From the NCBI GenBank assembly GCA_002633005.1, contig NMRA01000317.1:299366-363365 (forward strand): a DNA stretch of 64,000 bases, given 5' to 3'. This document shows, piece after piece, positions 40,428 to 54,484 of the stretch. Every line of letters begins with the position of its first letter. Within the stretch, counting starts at the first letter, position 1. Under the pieces are notes generated by a model. That model saw nothing but the letters and a program-made list of their open reading frames with translations, searched no databases and was not told the origin of the DNA. Source of the DNA: Phoronis australis. Taxonomy: Eukaryota; Animalia; Phoronida. The translations under genes and the position numbers were made by a program.

Positions 40428-40845
40428 GTGTGGGAGACACTGACATCATGGGTAGATACGACGCAGTCGTGCTTCATGCGGGAACATAAGACGTGGCAAA
40501 AAGATGCCTTGTAAATACTTTAAACTCGTCAGTCAACAGTCATTAAATGACTCAAACTAGTGCAAGTTGCAAATAAACCAAACTTATTAAGCACTTGAGA
40601 GATTATAGCTTCAATGATACATTGGCATGCAGTAATGATGTGTCAGGACCAGTAAATTTTTGGACATTTTGAGTGTCACTCCATACCAATCTTAGATCGA
40701 CAAAACAGCATTGCTTCTCTGCGACCATTTCAAAATGACTTAATCCTTACAATTTTCATGATATTTTTGTTATTTGATTTCAGAGACGATAGACTTCATC
40801 CATCAAGGGAGGGTAATCGTGTCCTTCACGAATACTTAAACTGTA
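40428..40845 (+). pseudogene. Fragments of an SGNH/GDSL esterase domain, probably TE-derived, with apparent introns
   Basis: RYDAVVLHAGT*DV (block III, VLHxGTND) at ~40454-40497 and DDRLHPSREGNRVL (block V, DxLHPS) at ~40785-40830, each preceded by a polypyrimidine-AG acceptor. Confidence 0.55.
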
Positions 40846-41877
40846 CTGTGACTACAACTTTGGGCAATTGATACTTTATATGTACTAAAGATGACTTTCC
40901 AATAAACTTCGAGGTGCTTAACACTTGTGACATCCAGGTGGATAACTGGTTCGACTTCCAGGTGCATATTCCTCTGTACAAGATTGTAATCTCATGCTTG
41001 CAGTAGAATAGTTTTAATGTAAGTTCATTCAGTACCAGCCAACTAAACAAAGATTTCTAATTGCAAGCCTTAACTTAGTGAATTAGTATGCAAAATACGA
41101 TAACACCATCCTTAGGACATGAATTACTGAATCTGTTTTCGTATGACATGCATAACAAGATGAAAAGACCGCAGATACTACAACTGCACAAGGAAGGGAA
41201 GCTGCATCATGCCTGATGGACGCCATATTGGAGTGAGTCTCAGTCATTCAGAAAATAGGATGGTGATTGCTTTTGTTTTGTTGAGAGCAAAACATGATCA
41301 GTCATACATTTTGTTGCAAATATTTCTAAGCTTCAGTTATTGTAAACACAGAGTTCACTATTCTGTACAAATGCTCATTGTGGTCCCTTTTGCCTCATAC
41401 GGTGTATTTTACGGAATGAAAAATCATGTCAAGAAAACAGTGACCTAGCTCAACCACCGCGATCTGGACGTTATGTGATGGCGACATTCTCCAAACAAGA
41501 GATGGCGAAGAAGAAGCCATATATCGACAGACCATCATACCACGTCTGAGGGGAGCTCCATGGGAATGATCTGACAGCAGTAGTTGTGCACATAAAATTA
41601 ACTCACTACGTAAACCTCAATTGAATATACTATCTTGTCACTACATTATATTAAGCGAACATTAGTATCTGGCTAGAATTTTTTTACTCGGTTTTAAGGT
41701 CACGTAGGATCTTAAGTTGTAGTATATATTTTCTGAAAGTACTAAATTCAGTAGAATTTTATATTCTATACCAATCTATCCTTAATTAGGCAACATGACC
41801 ATGCTTTTTAGGAAAATTTGGTGAAATGAAGGGTACATTAATAGCAAAAAAAAAAAGCAAATTTTTGTAGGGTTGAA

Positions 41878-42870
41878 ATGGAGTACTTTTCTTTGGATCA
41901 GATTTTGAAAAGAGTGAAAGTTGCTGACAGTCATCAGAAAAGTCAATCCATATCCAACAAAGATGTAATTGGAATAAGATCAGATTGGCAGGATACAGAA
42001 AAGAATTTGGAAAGTAACTATGAATCTGTTCTATTTTTTAAAGGGTTAGTGAACAGCTACAGAGAAACTACCACATTGTTTTGGCAACCGATGATAGTTT
42101 AACTTGCCCGCGGAAATATGCATCGGTTGTCTTTGGGTTCGATATCAAGCACGATTTGAATGCTGCTCGCAACAAAACAGCTATATCAACATGTTGTGAT
42201 TCAAACAGAAAAGGGCCTAATGGCGCAATATCTACATGCAGTGTAGAAAACGAAGATTCCATATTACTCACTTCAGAAATAATAGCGGCAAATGTTCCAT
42301 GTTCAAGTACTACATGCTCTCATCCTAAACAATTCACATTTTTGATGATGGAAATGGGTTTTTTGGACTCGACAATGTGCTTTTGATCACATTTTCAAAC
42401 CATGGATAGAGCATGACAAGACTATTGCAATCTGAAATGCAGTCCATGGATTCAGTTCACATTCAACATTATGCAACTTTCACGCATTAACAGCATACCG
42501 TACATAAATAAAAGAAGACAACATTTTAGTAATGTTCATGTGGCCACTCGAAATTGGATTCAAAGCAATAATGAGATCCTGAAGTAGGAATATTCATGAT
42601 CAGTTGTCTAACACGTTCAAAGAATTTATTTCTAGTTTCATTCCTAAAGCACTAATTCCAAGAGATGTGAAAAAGAAATTTCTGAAATATTCAGACAACC
42701 AGTCGTTTCAATGCAAATGGACAGATACCTACACGTCAACTGTACTGTATAATATTCCGGATGAACAGAAAAGAAATCCCTTAATGCTTACAGATAATAT
42801 TACTGAAAACAAGTTCAAAGAAATCCAGGCAAATTAATGCCAAAATTTACACTTGCGACATGTCAGATGA
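41878..42870 (+). pseudogene. Degenerate MULE (Mutator-type) transposase in each macrosatellite unit
   Basis: Across frameshifts: SVLFFK...LATDDSL...RKYG.VV.GFDIKHDLN...DLNRKG; PWIEHDKTIAI.NAVH...TLCNFHA (MULE CxxH); FLKY.DNQW...TDNITENKFKEI (MULE TNNxxE). Repeated at ~44175, 46469, 48627, 50786 and 52351. Confidence 0.65.
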
Positions 42871-43489
42871 GGAATCCGCTAGGACTATAATTTATGATGT
42901 GGATACGCCGGATAGGTATCCGGCGTATAAATTTGGGTTGCAAAAACTTGGATCAGGTTCGGATAACTATCCGGTGGATATCTATCTATGTTATATGGCG
43001 GGTAACGAAAAGAATACCATATAAAACAATACCCATAATTCTTGTAACCATGGTAAAGACAAAATGGCCGACGCAAGAAGGTCAACTATCTGGACAAAAA
43101 ATGAGATCAACCTTATGTAAGGAGCTGAGAGTTCAGTCAGAAGGTAACAAAGGTGGAGAAGAACTCAGTTTGGGAGGGGACTGCACAAAAGATTACAAGT
43201 CTCGGCACGGCAAAAAGAAGAGCCTATGATGCAAAAGAGAAGTGGAGACATACTGTGTCTGAGGCGAGAGCTTCACAGAACCACCTGCGAAAAGAAGTGA
43301 GGTTTTTAAGTAGTCATGTTCCACCAGGATGAGGAGGTCAGTGTAGTGAAGGGGTCAAAAGTAGAGCTGCCAGATTGGGACCACTGGAGATGATGCAGTG
43401 CTAGAGGTTCCCTCAGATTGCCTCGCACAATGGCTTCATGACAGTCTCAAAAAAGGAATACTGTTATTTGTTACCATTCGTTTGAGTTA

Positions 43490-43650
43490 GTCACATGAAT
43501 TGCTAGACATATCCCCAAAAGGACTAGATACCCTCGAAGTGGCCTTTCTAATGGCTTTGACGAAGTGCGATGGATCATCATATGAGCCGGACACTCGAAC
43601 ATCTTTTCACAAGACCATTGACCGACACTTGAAAAAAATTTGGCTACCTA
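43490..43650 (+). pseudogene. Crypton / DUF3504-associated (ZMYM-KCTD1-like) N-terminal fragment in macrosatellite units
   Basis: LDTLEVAFLMALTKCDGSSYEPDTRTSFHKTIDRHLK matches the L..F....RK.DG..YEP.TL....I.RHL motif of CryptonA-type proteins; also at ~45790, 47950 and 50105. Confidence 0.65.
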
Positions 43651-46600
43651 CTCACAATGGTAGACAACTGCAATGGCCAATTTCGTGGAAAGGGTTGCAC
43701 AATACTTAACTTCTGTCAAGCGATCAGCTCAAGAACACAGTGACCTAGCTCAACCACTGCGATCTGGACGTTATGAGATTACGACATTCTCCAAACAACA
43801 GATGGCGAAGAAGAAGCCATATATCGACAGACCATCATACCACGTCTGAAGGGAGCTCCATGGGAATGATCTGACAGCAGTAGTTGTGCACATAAAATTA
43901 ACTCACTACGTAAACCTCACTTGAATGTACTATCTTGTCACTACATTATATTAAGCGTACATTAGTATCTGGCTAGAATTTTTTTACTCGGTTTTAAGAT
44001 CATGTAGGATCTTAAGTTGTACTATATATTTTCTGAAAGTACTAAATTCAGTAGAATTTTATATTGTATACCAATCTACCCTTAATTAGGCAACATAACC
44101 ATGTTTTTTAGGAAAATTTGGTGAAATTAAGGGTACATCAATAGCAAAAAATAGGAAATTTTTGTAGGGTTGAAATGCAGTACTTTTCTTTGGATCAGAT
44201 TTTGAAAAGAGTGAAAGTTGCCGACAGTCATCAGAAAAGTCAATCCATATCCAACAAAGATGTAATTGGAATAAGATCAGATTGGCGGGATACAGAAAAG
44301 GTTTTGGAAAGCAACTATGAATCTGTTCTATTTTTTAAAGGGTTAGTGAACAGCTACAGAGAAACTACCACATTGTTTTGGCAACCAATGATAGTTTAAC
44401 TTGCCCGCGGAAATATGGATCGGTTGTCTGTGGGTTCGATATGAAGCACGATTTGAATGCTGCTCGCAACAAAACAGCTATATCAACATATTGTGATTAA
44501 ACAGAAAAGGGCCTAATGGCGCAATATCTACATGCAGTGTAGAAAACGAAGATTCCATATTACTCGTTTTGGAAATAATAGCGGCAAATGTTCCATGTTC
44601 AAGTACTACACGCTCTCATCCTAAACTATTCACATTTTTGATGATGGAAATGGGTTTTTTGGACTCGACAATGTGCTTTTGATCACATTTTCAAACCATG
44701 GATAGAGCATGACAAGACTATTGCAATCTGCAATGCAGTCCATGGCTTCGGTTCTCATTCAACATTATGTAACTTCCACGCATTAACAGCATACCGCACA
44801 TAAACAAAGGAAGACAACATTTTAGTAATGTTCATGTGGCCACTAGAAATTGGATTCAAAGCAATAATGAGATCCTGAAGTAGGAATATTCATGATCAGT
44901 TGTCTAACAGGTTCAAAGAATTTATTTCTAGTTTCATTCCCGAAGCACTAATTCCAAGAAATGTGAAACAGAAATTTCTGAAATATTCAGACAACCAGTG
45001 GTTTCAATGCAGATGGACAGATACTTACACGTCAACTGTACTGTATAATATTAAGGATGAACATAAAAGACATCCCTTCATACTTACAGATAATATTACT
45101 GAAAACAAGTTCAAAGAAATCCAGGCAAATTACTGCCAAAATTTACACTTGCGACATGTCAGATGAGGAATCCGCTATGACTATAATTTATGATGTGGAT
45201 ACGCCGGATACCTATCCGGCGTATAAATTTGGGTAGCAAAAACTTGGATCAGGTTCTAATAACTATCTGGGGGATATTTATCTATGTTATATGGCGGATA
45301 ACAAAAAGAATTCCACATAAGACAATACCCATAATTCTTGTAACTATGGTACAGACAAAATGTCTGACGCAAGAAGGTCAACTATCTGGACAAAAAAAAG
45401 AGATCAACCTTATGTAAGTAACTGCAAGATCAGTCAGAAGGTGACAAAGGTGGAAAAGAACTCAGTTTAGGAGGGGATTGCACAAAAGATTGCAAGTCTC
45501 GGCACGGCAAAAAGAAGAGCCTATGATGCAAAAGAGAAGTGGAGACATACGGTGTCTGGGGCAAGAGCTTCACAGAACCACCTGTGAAAAGAAGTGAGGT
45601 TTTTATGTAGTCATGTTCCACCAGGATGAGGTCAGTGTAGCGAAGGGGTCACAAGTAGAGCTGCCAGATTGGGACCACTGGAGATGATGCAGTGGTAGAG
45701 GTTCCCTCAGATTGCCTTGCACCGTGGCTTCATGACAGTCTCAAAAAAGGAATACTGCTATTTGTTACCATTCGTTTGAGTTAGTCACATGAATTGCTAG
45801 ACGTATCCCCTAAAGGGCTAGATACCCTCGAAGCAGGCTTTCTAATGCTATTGGCGAAGTTCGATGGATCATCATATGAGCCGGACACTCCAACATCTTT
45901 TCACAAGGCCATTGACTGACACTTGAAAGAAATTTGGCTACCCACTCACAATGGTAGACAACTGCAATGGCCAATTTCGTGGAAAGGGTTGCACAATACT
46001 TAACTTCTGTCAGGCGATCAGCTCAAGAAAACTGTGACCTAGCTCAACCACCGCGATCTGGACGTTATGTGACGGCGACATTCTCCAAACAAGAGATGGC
46101 GAAGAAGAAGCCATATATCGACAGACCATCATACCACGTCTGAGGGGAGCTCCATGGGAATGATCTGACAGCAGTAGTTGTGCACATAAAATTAACTCAC
46201 TACGTAAACCTCACTTGAATATACTATCTTGTCACTACATTATATTAAGCGTACATTAGTATCTGGTTAGATTTTTTTTACTCGGTTTTAAGGTCATGTA
46301 GGATCTTAAGTTGTAGTATATATTTTCTGAAAGTACTAAATTCAGTAGAATTTTATATTCTATACCAATCTATCCTTAATTAGGCAACATGACCATGCTT
46401 TTTAGGAAAATTTGGTGAAATGAAAGGTACATTAATAGCAAAAAATAGGAAATTTTTGTAGGGTTGAAATGGAGTACTTTTCTTTGGATCAGACTTTGAA
46501 AAGAGTGAAAGTTGCCGACAGTCATCAGAAAAGTCAATCCATATCCAACAAAGATGTAATTGGAATAAGATCAGATTGGCTGGATACAGAAAAGGTTTTG

Positions 46601-49600
46601 GAAAGCAACTATCAATCTGTTCTATTTTTTAAAGGGTTAGTGAACAGCTACAGAGAAACTACCACATTGTTTTGGCAACCGATGATAGTTTAACTTGCCC
46701 GCGGAAATATGGATCGGTTGTCTGTGCCTTCGATATCAAGCACGATTTGAATGCTGCTCGCAACAAAATAGCTATATCAACACATTGTGATTTAAACAGA
46801 AAAGGGCCTTATGGCGCAATGTCTACATGCAGTGTAGAAAACGAAGATTCCATATTACTCACTTCAGAAATAAAAGCGGCAAATGTTCCATGTTCAAGTA
46901 CTACATGCTCTCATCCTAAACAATTCACATTTTTGATGATGGAAATGGGTTTTTTGGACACGAGAATGTGCTTTTGATCACATTTTCAAACCATGGATAG
47001 AGCATGACAAGACTATTGCAATCTGAAATGCAGTCCACGGATTCAGTTCACATTCAACATTATGCAACTTCCACCCATTAGCAGCATACCGTACATAAAT
47101 AAAAGAAGACAACATTTTAGTAATGTTCATGTGGCCACTCGAAATTGGATTCAAAGCAATAATGAGATCCTGAAGTAGGAATATTCATGATCAGTTGTCT
47201 AACACGTTCAAAGAATTTATTTCTAGTTTCATTCCTAAAGCACTAATTCCAAGAGATGTGAAAAAGAAATTTCTGAAATATTCAGACAACCAGTGGTTTC
47301 AATGCAACTGGACAGATACCTACACGCCAACTGTACTGTATAATATTCCGGATGAACAGAAAAGAAATCCCTTAATGCTTACAGATAATATTACTGAAAA
47401 CAAGTTCAAAGAAATCCAGGCAATTACAGCCAAAATTTACACTTGCGACATGTCAGATGAGGAATCCGCTATGACTATAATTTATGATGTGGATATGCCG
47501 GATAGGTATCCGGCGTATCAATTTGGGTTGCAAAAACTTGGATCAGGTTCGGATAACTATCCGGTGGATATCTATCTATGTTATATGGTGGGTAACGAAA
47601 AGAATACTATATAAGACAATACCCAGAATTCTTGTAACCATGGTACAGACAAAATGGCTGACGGCAAAAAGAAGAGCCTATGATGCAAAAGAGAAGTGGA
47701 GACATACGGTGTCTGAGGCGAGACCTTGAAAGAACCACCTGCGAAAAGAAGTGAGGTTTTTAAGTAGTCATGTTCCACCAGGATGAGGAGGTCAGTGTAG
47801 TGAAGGGGTCGCAAGTAGAGCTGCTAGATTGGGACCACTGGAGATGATGCAGTGGTAGAGGTTCCCTCAGATTGCCTTGCACTGTGGCTTCATGACAGTC
47901 TCAAAAAGGAACAGTGCTATTTGTTACAATTCATTTGAGTTAGTCACATGAATTGCTAGACATATCCCCAAAAGGACTAGATACCCTCGAAGTGGCCTTT
48001 CTAATTGCTTTGATGAAGTGCGATGGATCATCATATGAGCCGGACACTCCAACATCTTTTCACAAGACCATTGACTGACACTTGAAAAAAATTTGGCTAC
48101 CTACTCACAATGGTAGACAAATGCAATAGCCAATTTCGTGGAAAGGGTTGCACAATACTTAACTTCTGTCAGGCGATCAGCTCAAGAAAACAGGGACCTA
48201 GCTTAACCACTGCGATCTGGCGTTATGAGATGACAACATTCTCCAAACAACAGATGGCGAAGAAGAAGCCATATATCGACAGACCATCATACCACGTCTG
48301 AGGGGAGCTCCATGGGAATGATCTGACAGCAGTAGTTGTGCACATAAAATTAACTCACTACGTAAAGCTCACTTGAATGTACTATCTTGTCACTACATTA
48401 TATTAAGCGTACATTAGTATCTGGCTAGAATTTTTTTACTCGGTTTTAAGGTCACGTAGGATCTTAAGTTGTAGTATAAATATTCTGTAATTACTAAATT
48501 CAGTACAATTTTATATTGTATACCAATGTACCCTTAATTAGGCAACATAACCATGTTTTTTAGGAAAATTTGGTGAAATTAAGGGTACATTAATAGCAAA
48601 AAATAGGAAATTTATGTAGGGTTGAAATGGAGTACTTTTCTTTGGATCAGATTTTGAAAAGAGTGAAAGTTGCTGACAGTCATCAGAAAAGTCAATCCAT
48701 ATCCAACAAAGATGTAATTGGAATAAGATCAGATTGGCGGGATACAGAAAAGGTTTTGGAAGGCAACTATGAATCTGTTCTATTTTTTAAACGGTTAGTG
48801 AACAGCTACAAAGAAACTACTACATTGTTTTGGCAACCGATGATAGTTTAACTTGCCCGCGGAAATATGGAGCGGTTGTCTGTGGGTTTGATATAAAGCA
48901 TGATTTGAATGCTGCTCGCAACAAAACAGCTATATCAACATATTGTGATTCAAACAGAAAAGGGCCTTATGGCGCAATGTCTACATGCAGTGTAGAAAAC
49001 GAAGATTCCATATTACTCGCTTTAGAAATAATAGCGGCAAATGTTCCATGTTCAAGTACTACACGCTCTCATCCTAAACTATTCACATTTTTGATGATGG
49101 AAATGGGTTTTTTGGACTCGACAATGTGCTTTTGATCACATTTTCAAACCATAGATAGAGCATGACAAGACTATTGCAATCTGAAATGCAGTTCATGGAT
49201 TCGGTTCACATTCAACATTATGCAACTTCCACGCATTAACAGCATACCGTACATAAATAAAAGAAGACAACATTTTAGTAATGTTCATGTGGTCACTCGA
49301 AATTGGATTCAAAGCAATAATGAGATCATGAAGTAGGAATATTCATGATCAGTTGTCTAACACGTTCAAAGAATTTATTTCTAGTTTCATTCCCGAAGCA
49401 CTAATTCCAAGAAATATGAAACAGAAATTTCTGAAATATTCAGACAACCAGTGGTTTCAATGCAAATGGACAGATACTTACACGTCAACTGTACTGTATA
49501 ATATTCTGGATGAACAGAAAAGAAATCCCTTAATGCTTACAGATAATATTACTGAAAACAAGTTCAAAGAAATCCAGGCAATTACTGCCAAAATTGACAC

Positions 49601-52600
49601 TTGCAACATGTCAGATGAGGAATCCGCTATGACTATAATTTATGATGTGGATACGCCGGATAGGTATCCGGCGTATCAATTTGGGTTGCAAAAACTTGGA
49701 TCAGGTTCGGATAACTATCCGGTGGATATCTATCTATGTTATATGGTGGGTAACAAAAAGAATACTATATAAGACAATACCCAGAATTCTTGTAACCATG
49801 GTACAGACAAAATGGCTGACGGCAAAAAGAAGAGCCTATGATGCAAAAGAGAAGTGGAGACATACGGTGTCTGAGGCGAGAGCTTGAAAGAACCACCTGC
49901 GAAAAGAAGTGAGGTTTTTAAGTAGTCATGTTCCACCAGGATGAGGAGGTCAGTGTAGTGAAGGGGTTGCAAGTAGAGCTGCCAGATTGGGACCACTGGA
50001 GATGATGCAGTGGTAGAGGTTCCCTGAGATTGCCTTGCACAGTGGCTTCATGAGTCTCAAAAAAGGAATACTGCTATTTGTTACCATTCGTTTGAGTTAG
50101 TCACATGGATTACTAGACATATCCCCAAAAGGGCTAGATACCCTCGAAGTGGGCTTACTAAGGGCATTGGCGAAGTTCGATGGATCATCATATGAGCCGG
50201 ACACTCCAACATCTTTTCACAAGACCATTGACTGACACTTGAAAAAAATTTGGCTACCTACTCACAATGGTAGACAACTGCAATGGCCAATTTCGTGGAA
50301 AGGGTTGCACAATACTTAACTTCTGTCAGGCGATCAGCTCAAGAAAACAGTGACCTAGCTCAACCACTGCGATCTGGACGTCATGAGATTACGACATTCT
50401 CCAAACAACAGATGGCGAAGAAGAAGCCATATATCGACAGACCATCATACCACGTCTGCGGGGAGCTCCATGGGAATGATCTGACAGCAGTAGTTGTGCA
50501 CATAAAATTAACTCACTACCTAAACCTCACTTGAATATACTATCTTGTCACTACATTATATTAAGCGTACATTAGTATCTGGCTAGAATTTTTTTACTCA
50601 GTTTTAAGGTCACGTAGGATCTTAAGTTGTAGTATATATTTTCTGAAAGTACTAAATTCAGTAGAATTTTATATTCTATACCAATCTATCTTTAATTAGG
50701 CAACATGACCATGCTGTTTAGGAAAATTTGGTGAAATGAATGGTACATTAATAGCAAAAAAATAGGAAATTTATGTAGGGTTGAAATGAAGTACTTTTCT
50801 TTGGATCAGATTTTGAAAAGAGTGAAAGTTGCTGACAGTCATCAGAAAAGTCAATCCATATCCAACAAAGATGTAATTGGAATAAGATCAGATTGGCTGG
50901 ATACAGAAAAGGTTTTGGAAAGCAACTATCAATCTGTTCTATTTTTTAAAGGGTTAGTGAACAGCTACAGAGAAACTACCACATTGTTTTGGCAACCGAT
51001 GATAGTTTAACTTGCCCGCGGAAATATGGATCGGTTGACTGTGGGTTCAATATCAAGCACGATTTGAATGCTGCTCGCAACAAAACAGCTATATCAACAT
51101 ATTGTGATTTAAACAGAAAAGGGCCTAATGGCACAATGTCTACATGCAGTGTAGAAAACGAAGATTCCATATTACTCACTTCAGAAATAAAAGCGGCAAA
51201 TGTTCCATGTTCAAGTACTACACGCTCTCATCCTAAACAATTCACATTTTTGATGATGGAAATGGGTGTTTTGGACTCGACAATGTGCTTTTGATCACAT
51301 TTTCAAACCATGGATAGAGCATGACAAGACTATTGCAATCTGAAATGCAGTCCATGGATTCAGTTCACATTCAACATTATGCAACTTCCACGCACTAGCA
51401 GTATACCGTACATAAATAAAAGAAGACAACATTTTAGTAATGTTCATGTGGCCACTCGAAATTGGATTCAAAGCAATAATGAGATCCTGAAGTAGGAATA
51501 TTCATGATCAGTTGTCTAACACGTTCAAAGAATTTATTTCTAGTTTCATTCCTAAAGCACTAATTCCAAGAGATGTGAAAAAGAAATTTCTGAAATATTC
51601 AGACAACCAGTGGTTTCAATGCAACTGGACAGATACCTACACGCCAACTGTACTGTATAATATTCCGGATGAACAGAAAAGAAATCCCTTAATGCTTACA
51701 GATAATATTACTGAAAACAAGTTCAAAGAAATCCAGGCAATTACAGCCAAAATTTACACTTGCGACATGTCAGATGAGGAATCCGCTATGACTATAATTT
51801 ATGATGTGGATACGCCGGATAGGTATCCGGCGTATCAATTTGGGTTGCAAAAACTTGGATCAGGTTCGGATAACTATCCGGTGGATATCTATCCATGTTA
51901 TATGGCGGGTAACGAAAAGAATACCATATAAGACAATACCCAGAATTCTTGTAACCATGGTACAGACAAAATGGCTGACGGAAAAAAGAAGAGCCTATGA
52001 TGAAAAAGAGAACTGGAGACATACGGTGTCTGAGGCGAGAGCTTCACAGAACCACCTGCGAAAAGAAGTGAGCTTTTCATGTAGTCATGTCGCTTACAAA
52101 TCCTAAATATACAGTTGCAGGTGACCATACTCTGTTTTCTAACTCAAACATCTGTTTTTTCCATGTGATGTATTACTGGAAATTCATTCCCAGGTATAAA
52201 ATATCTCCATGATGGGATCCACAGCCAAAGAAAGATATACAAAATGATGTTTTCAGCAAATTCATAATGGTTGTAATCTGTCAACTCAACTTTCCAATGT
52301 TGGTGTTAGTGTCTTAACGACACTGTATCTGACATTTGTTTGTTGTATTGTACAGAAAAGGATTTGGAAAGCAACTATGAATCTGTTCTATTTTTTCAAA
52401 GGGTTAGTGAACAGCTACAGAGAAATTACCACATTCTTTCGGCAAGCGATGATAGTTTACCTTGCCCGCGGAAATATGGATCGGTTGTCTGTGGTTAGAT
52501 TTCAAGCACGATTTGAATGCTGCCCGCAACAAAACAGCTATATCAAGATATTGTGATTTAAACAGAAAAGGGCCTAATGGCGCAATATCTACATGCAGTG

Positions 52601-53759
52601 TAGAAAACGAAGATTCCATATTACTCACTTCAGAAATAAAAGCGGCAAATGTTCCATGTTCAAGTACTACATGCTCTCATCCTAAACAATACACATTTTT
52701 GATGATGGAAATGAGTTTTTTGGAGTCGACAATGTGCTTTTGATCACATTTTCAAACCATGGATAGAGCATGACAAGACTATTGCAATCTGCAATGCAGT
52801 CCATGGATTCGGTTCTCATTCAACATTATGCAACTTCCACGCATTAACAGCATAGCGCACATAAATAATGGAAGATAACATTTTAGTAATGTTCATGTGG
52901 CCACTCCAAATTGGATTCAAAGCAATAATGAGATCCTGAAGTAGGAATATTCATGATCAGTTGTCTAACACGTTCAAAGAATTTATTTCTAGTTTCATTC
53001 CTGAAGCACTAATTCCAAGAGATGTGAAACAGCAATTTCTGAAATATTCAGACAACCAATGGTTTCAATGCAGATGGACAGATACTTACACGTCAACTGT
53101 ACTGTATAATATTAAGGATGAACAGAAAAGAAATCCCTTCATACTTACAGATAATATTACTGAAAACAAGTTCAAAGAAATCCAGGCAAATTACTGCCAA
53201 AATTTACACTTGCAACATGTCAGATGAGGAATCCGCTAGGACTATAATTTATGATGTGGATACGCCGGATAGGCATCCGGCGTATAAATTTGGGTTGCAA
53301 AAACTTGATCAGGTTTCCGATAACTATCCGGGGGATATTTATCTATGTTATATAGCGGATAGCAAAAAGGATACCATATAAGATAATACCCATAATTCTT
53401 GTAACCATGGTAGAGACAAAATGGCCGACGCAAGAAGGTCAACTATCTGGACAAAAAATGAGATCAACCTTATGTAAGTAACTGCAAGTTTAGTCAGAAG
53501 GTGACAAATGTGGACAAGAACTCAAGTTTGGGAGGGGATTGCACGGCACGGCAAAAAGAAGAGCCTATGATGAAAAAGAGAACTGCAGACATACGGCGTC
53601 TGGGGCAAGAGCTTCACAGAACCACCTGCGAAAAGAAGTGAGGCTTTTATGTAGTCATGTTCCACCAGGAGTGCCCTGAATACGATTGTATAATTGAGTG
53701 GACAAGCTGTACATTACGTGTGTAACTTGCCTATACCTTTGGGTAATTTGGACATGACC

Positions 53760-54484
53760 ATATTTGTCCAAGGGATATTGGCCATGTTCGTAGACGAGCA
53801 TCAGAGAGATTGGGACGACCATCTACCGCACGTTATGATGGTATATCATACCTCAGAGCATGACAGCATTAGTTTTACACCATACAGGTTGCTGTTTGGT
53901 CAGGTGTTGCTACCTTTGGACGTTATAGCTGGGAACCCTCCTGCTGGTGTAGATTCTGAGTGTGCCAGTCTCTGGAGGATGATTGGAGCTTTGCTCGAGA
54001 GGTGTTGAATTCAGGTTTTCACCGGCAGAAGAAGTACTACGATGCACGAGAGAAATTTCGCAAATTCCGTGATAGGAACTGGGACTTCCAATGGTACCCT
54101 ACAACTGCTAACCAGAAACTTTATCTTCGGTGGGTGGGTCCCTACACGATAGTAAGACGAGTAAGTGATGTGTTGTATGAAGTTCAGAAAGGACCTGATC
54201 TTCCCAAAATCGTAGTCCATGTACATCATTTGAAAGCTTGCCATGCGCCAACTGGAGGTCACCGGGAACGAGATGCCACTTCGGAGCCTTATCAGGGGAC
54301 GGAGGTGTTAAGCTCAGATGAGGTCAACAGTGATATGTGTTCTTGTTCTCTGGATATTCTGATTGAGGCTCAGAATTTTTCTTCAGTTTCTGACTGCCGT
54401 GGCGCTGTCAAAGCTGCAGCAAGTGCACCAGTTGTTCGTTACCGCCGAGGCAGGTTGATCAAGAAACCAGTCCGGTTTCTATAA
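53760..54484 (+). pseudogene. Gypsy/Ty3 integrase C-terminal fragment
   Basis: DWDDHLPHVMMVYHTSEHDSISFTPYRLLFGQ, a frameshift, then RQKKYYD...KL..RWVGPY.IV...VVHVHHLK (GPY/F module) and terminal RRGRLIKKPVRF. Confidence 0.9.

Larger units (their letters stand above)
41430..53669 (+). repeat. ~2.16-2.30-kb macrosatellite: nearly 5 full units plus 1 partial unit
   Basis: Anchor GACCTAGCT at ~41442, 43742, 46037, 48195 and 50353; the array breaks at ~52089 and a partial sixth unit spans ~52351-53669; repeated ORFs appear in the track. Confidence 0.97.

Noticed and set aside
41878-53442. Repeated short ORFs as a tandem family of small proteins
   Set aside because: They are frameshifted pieces of one decayed transposase, with variable stops between units.
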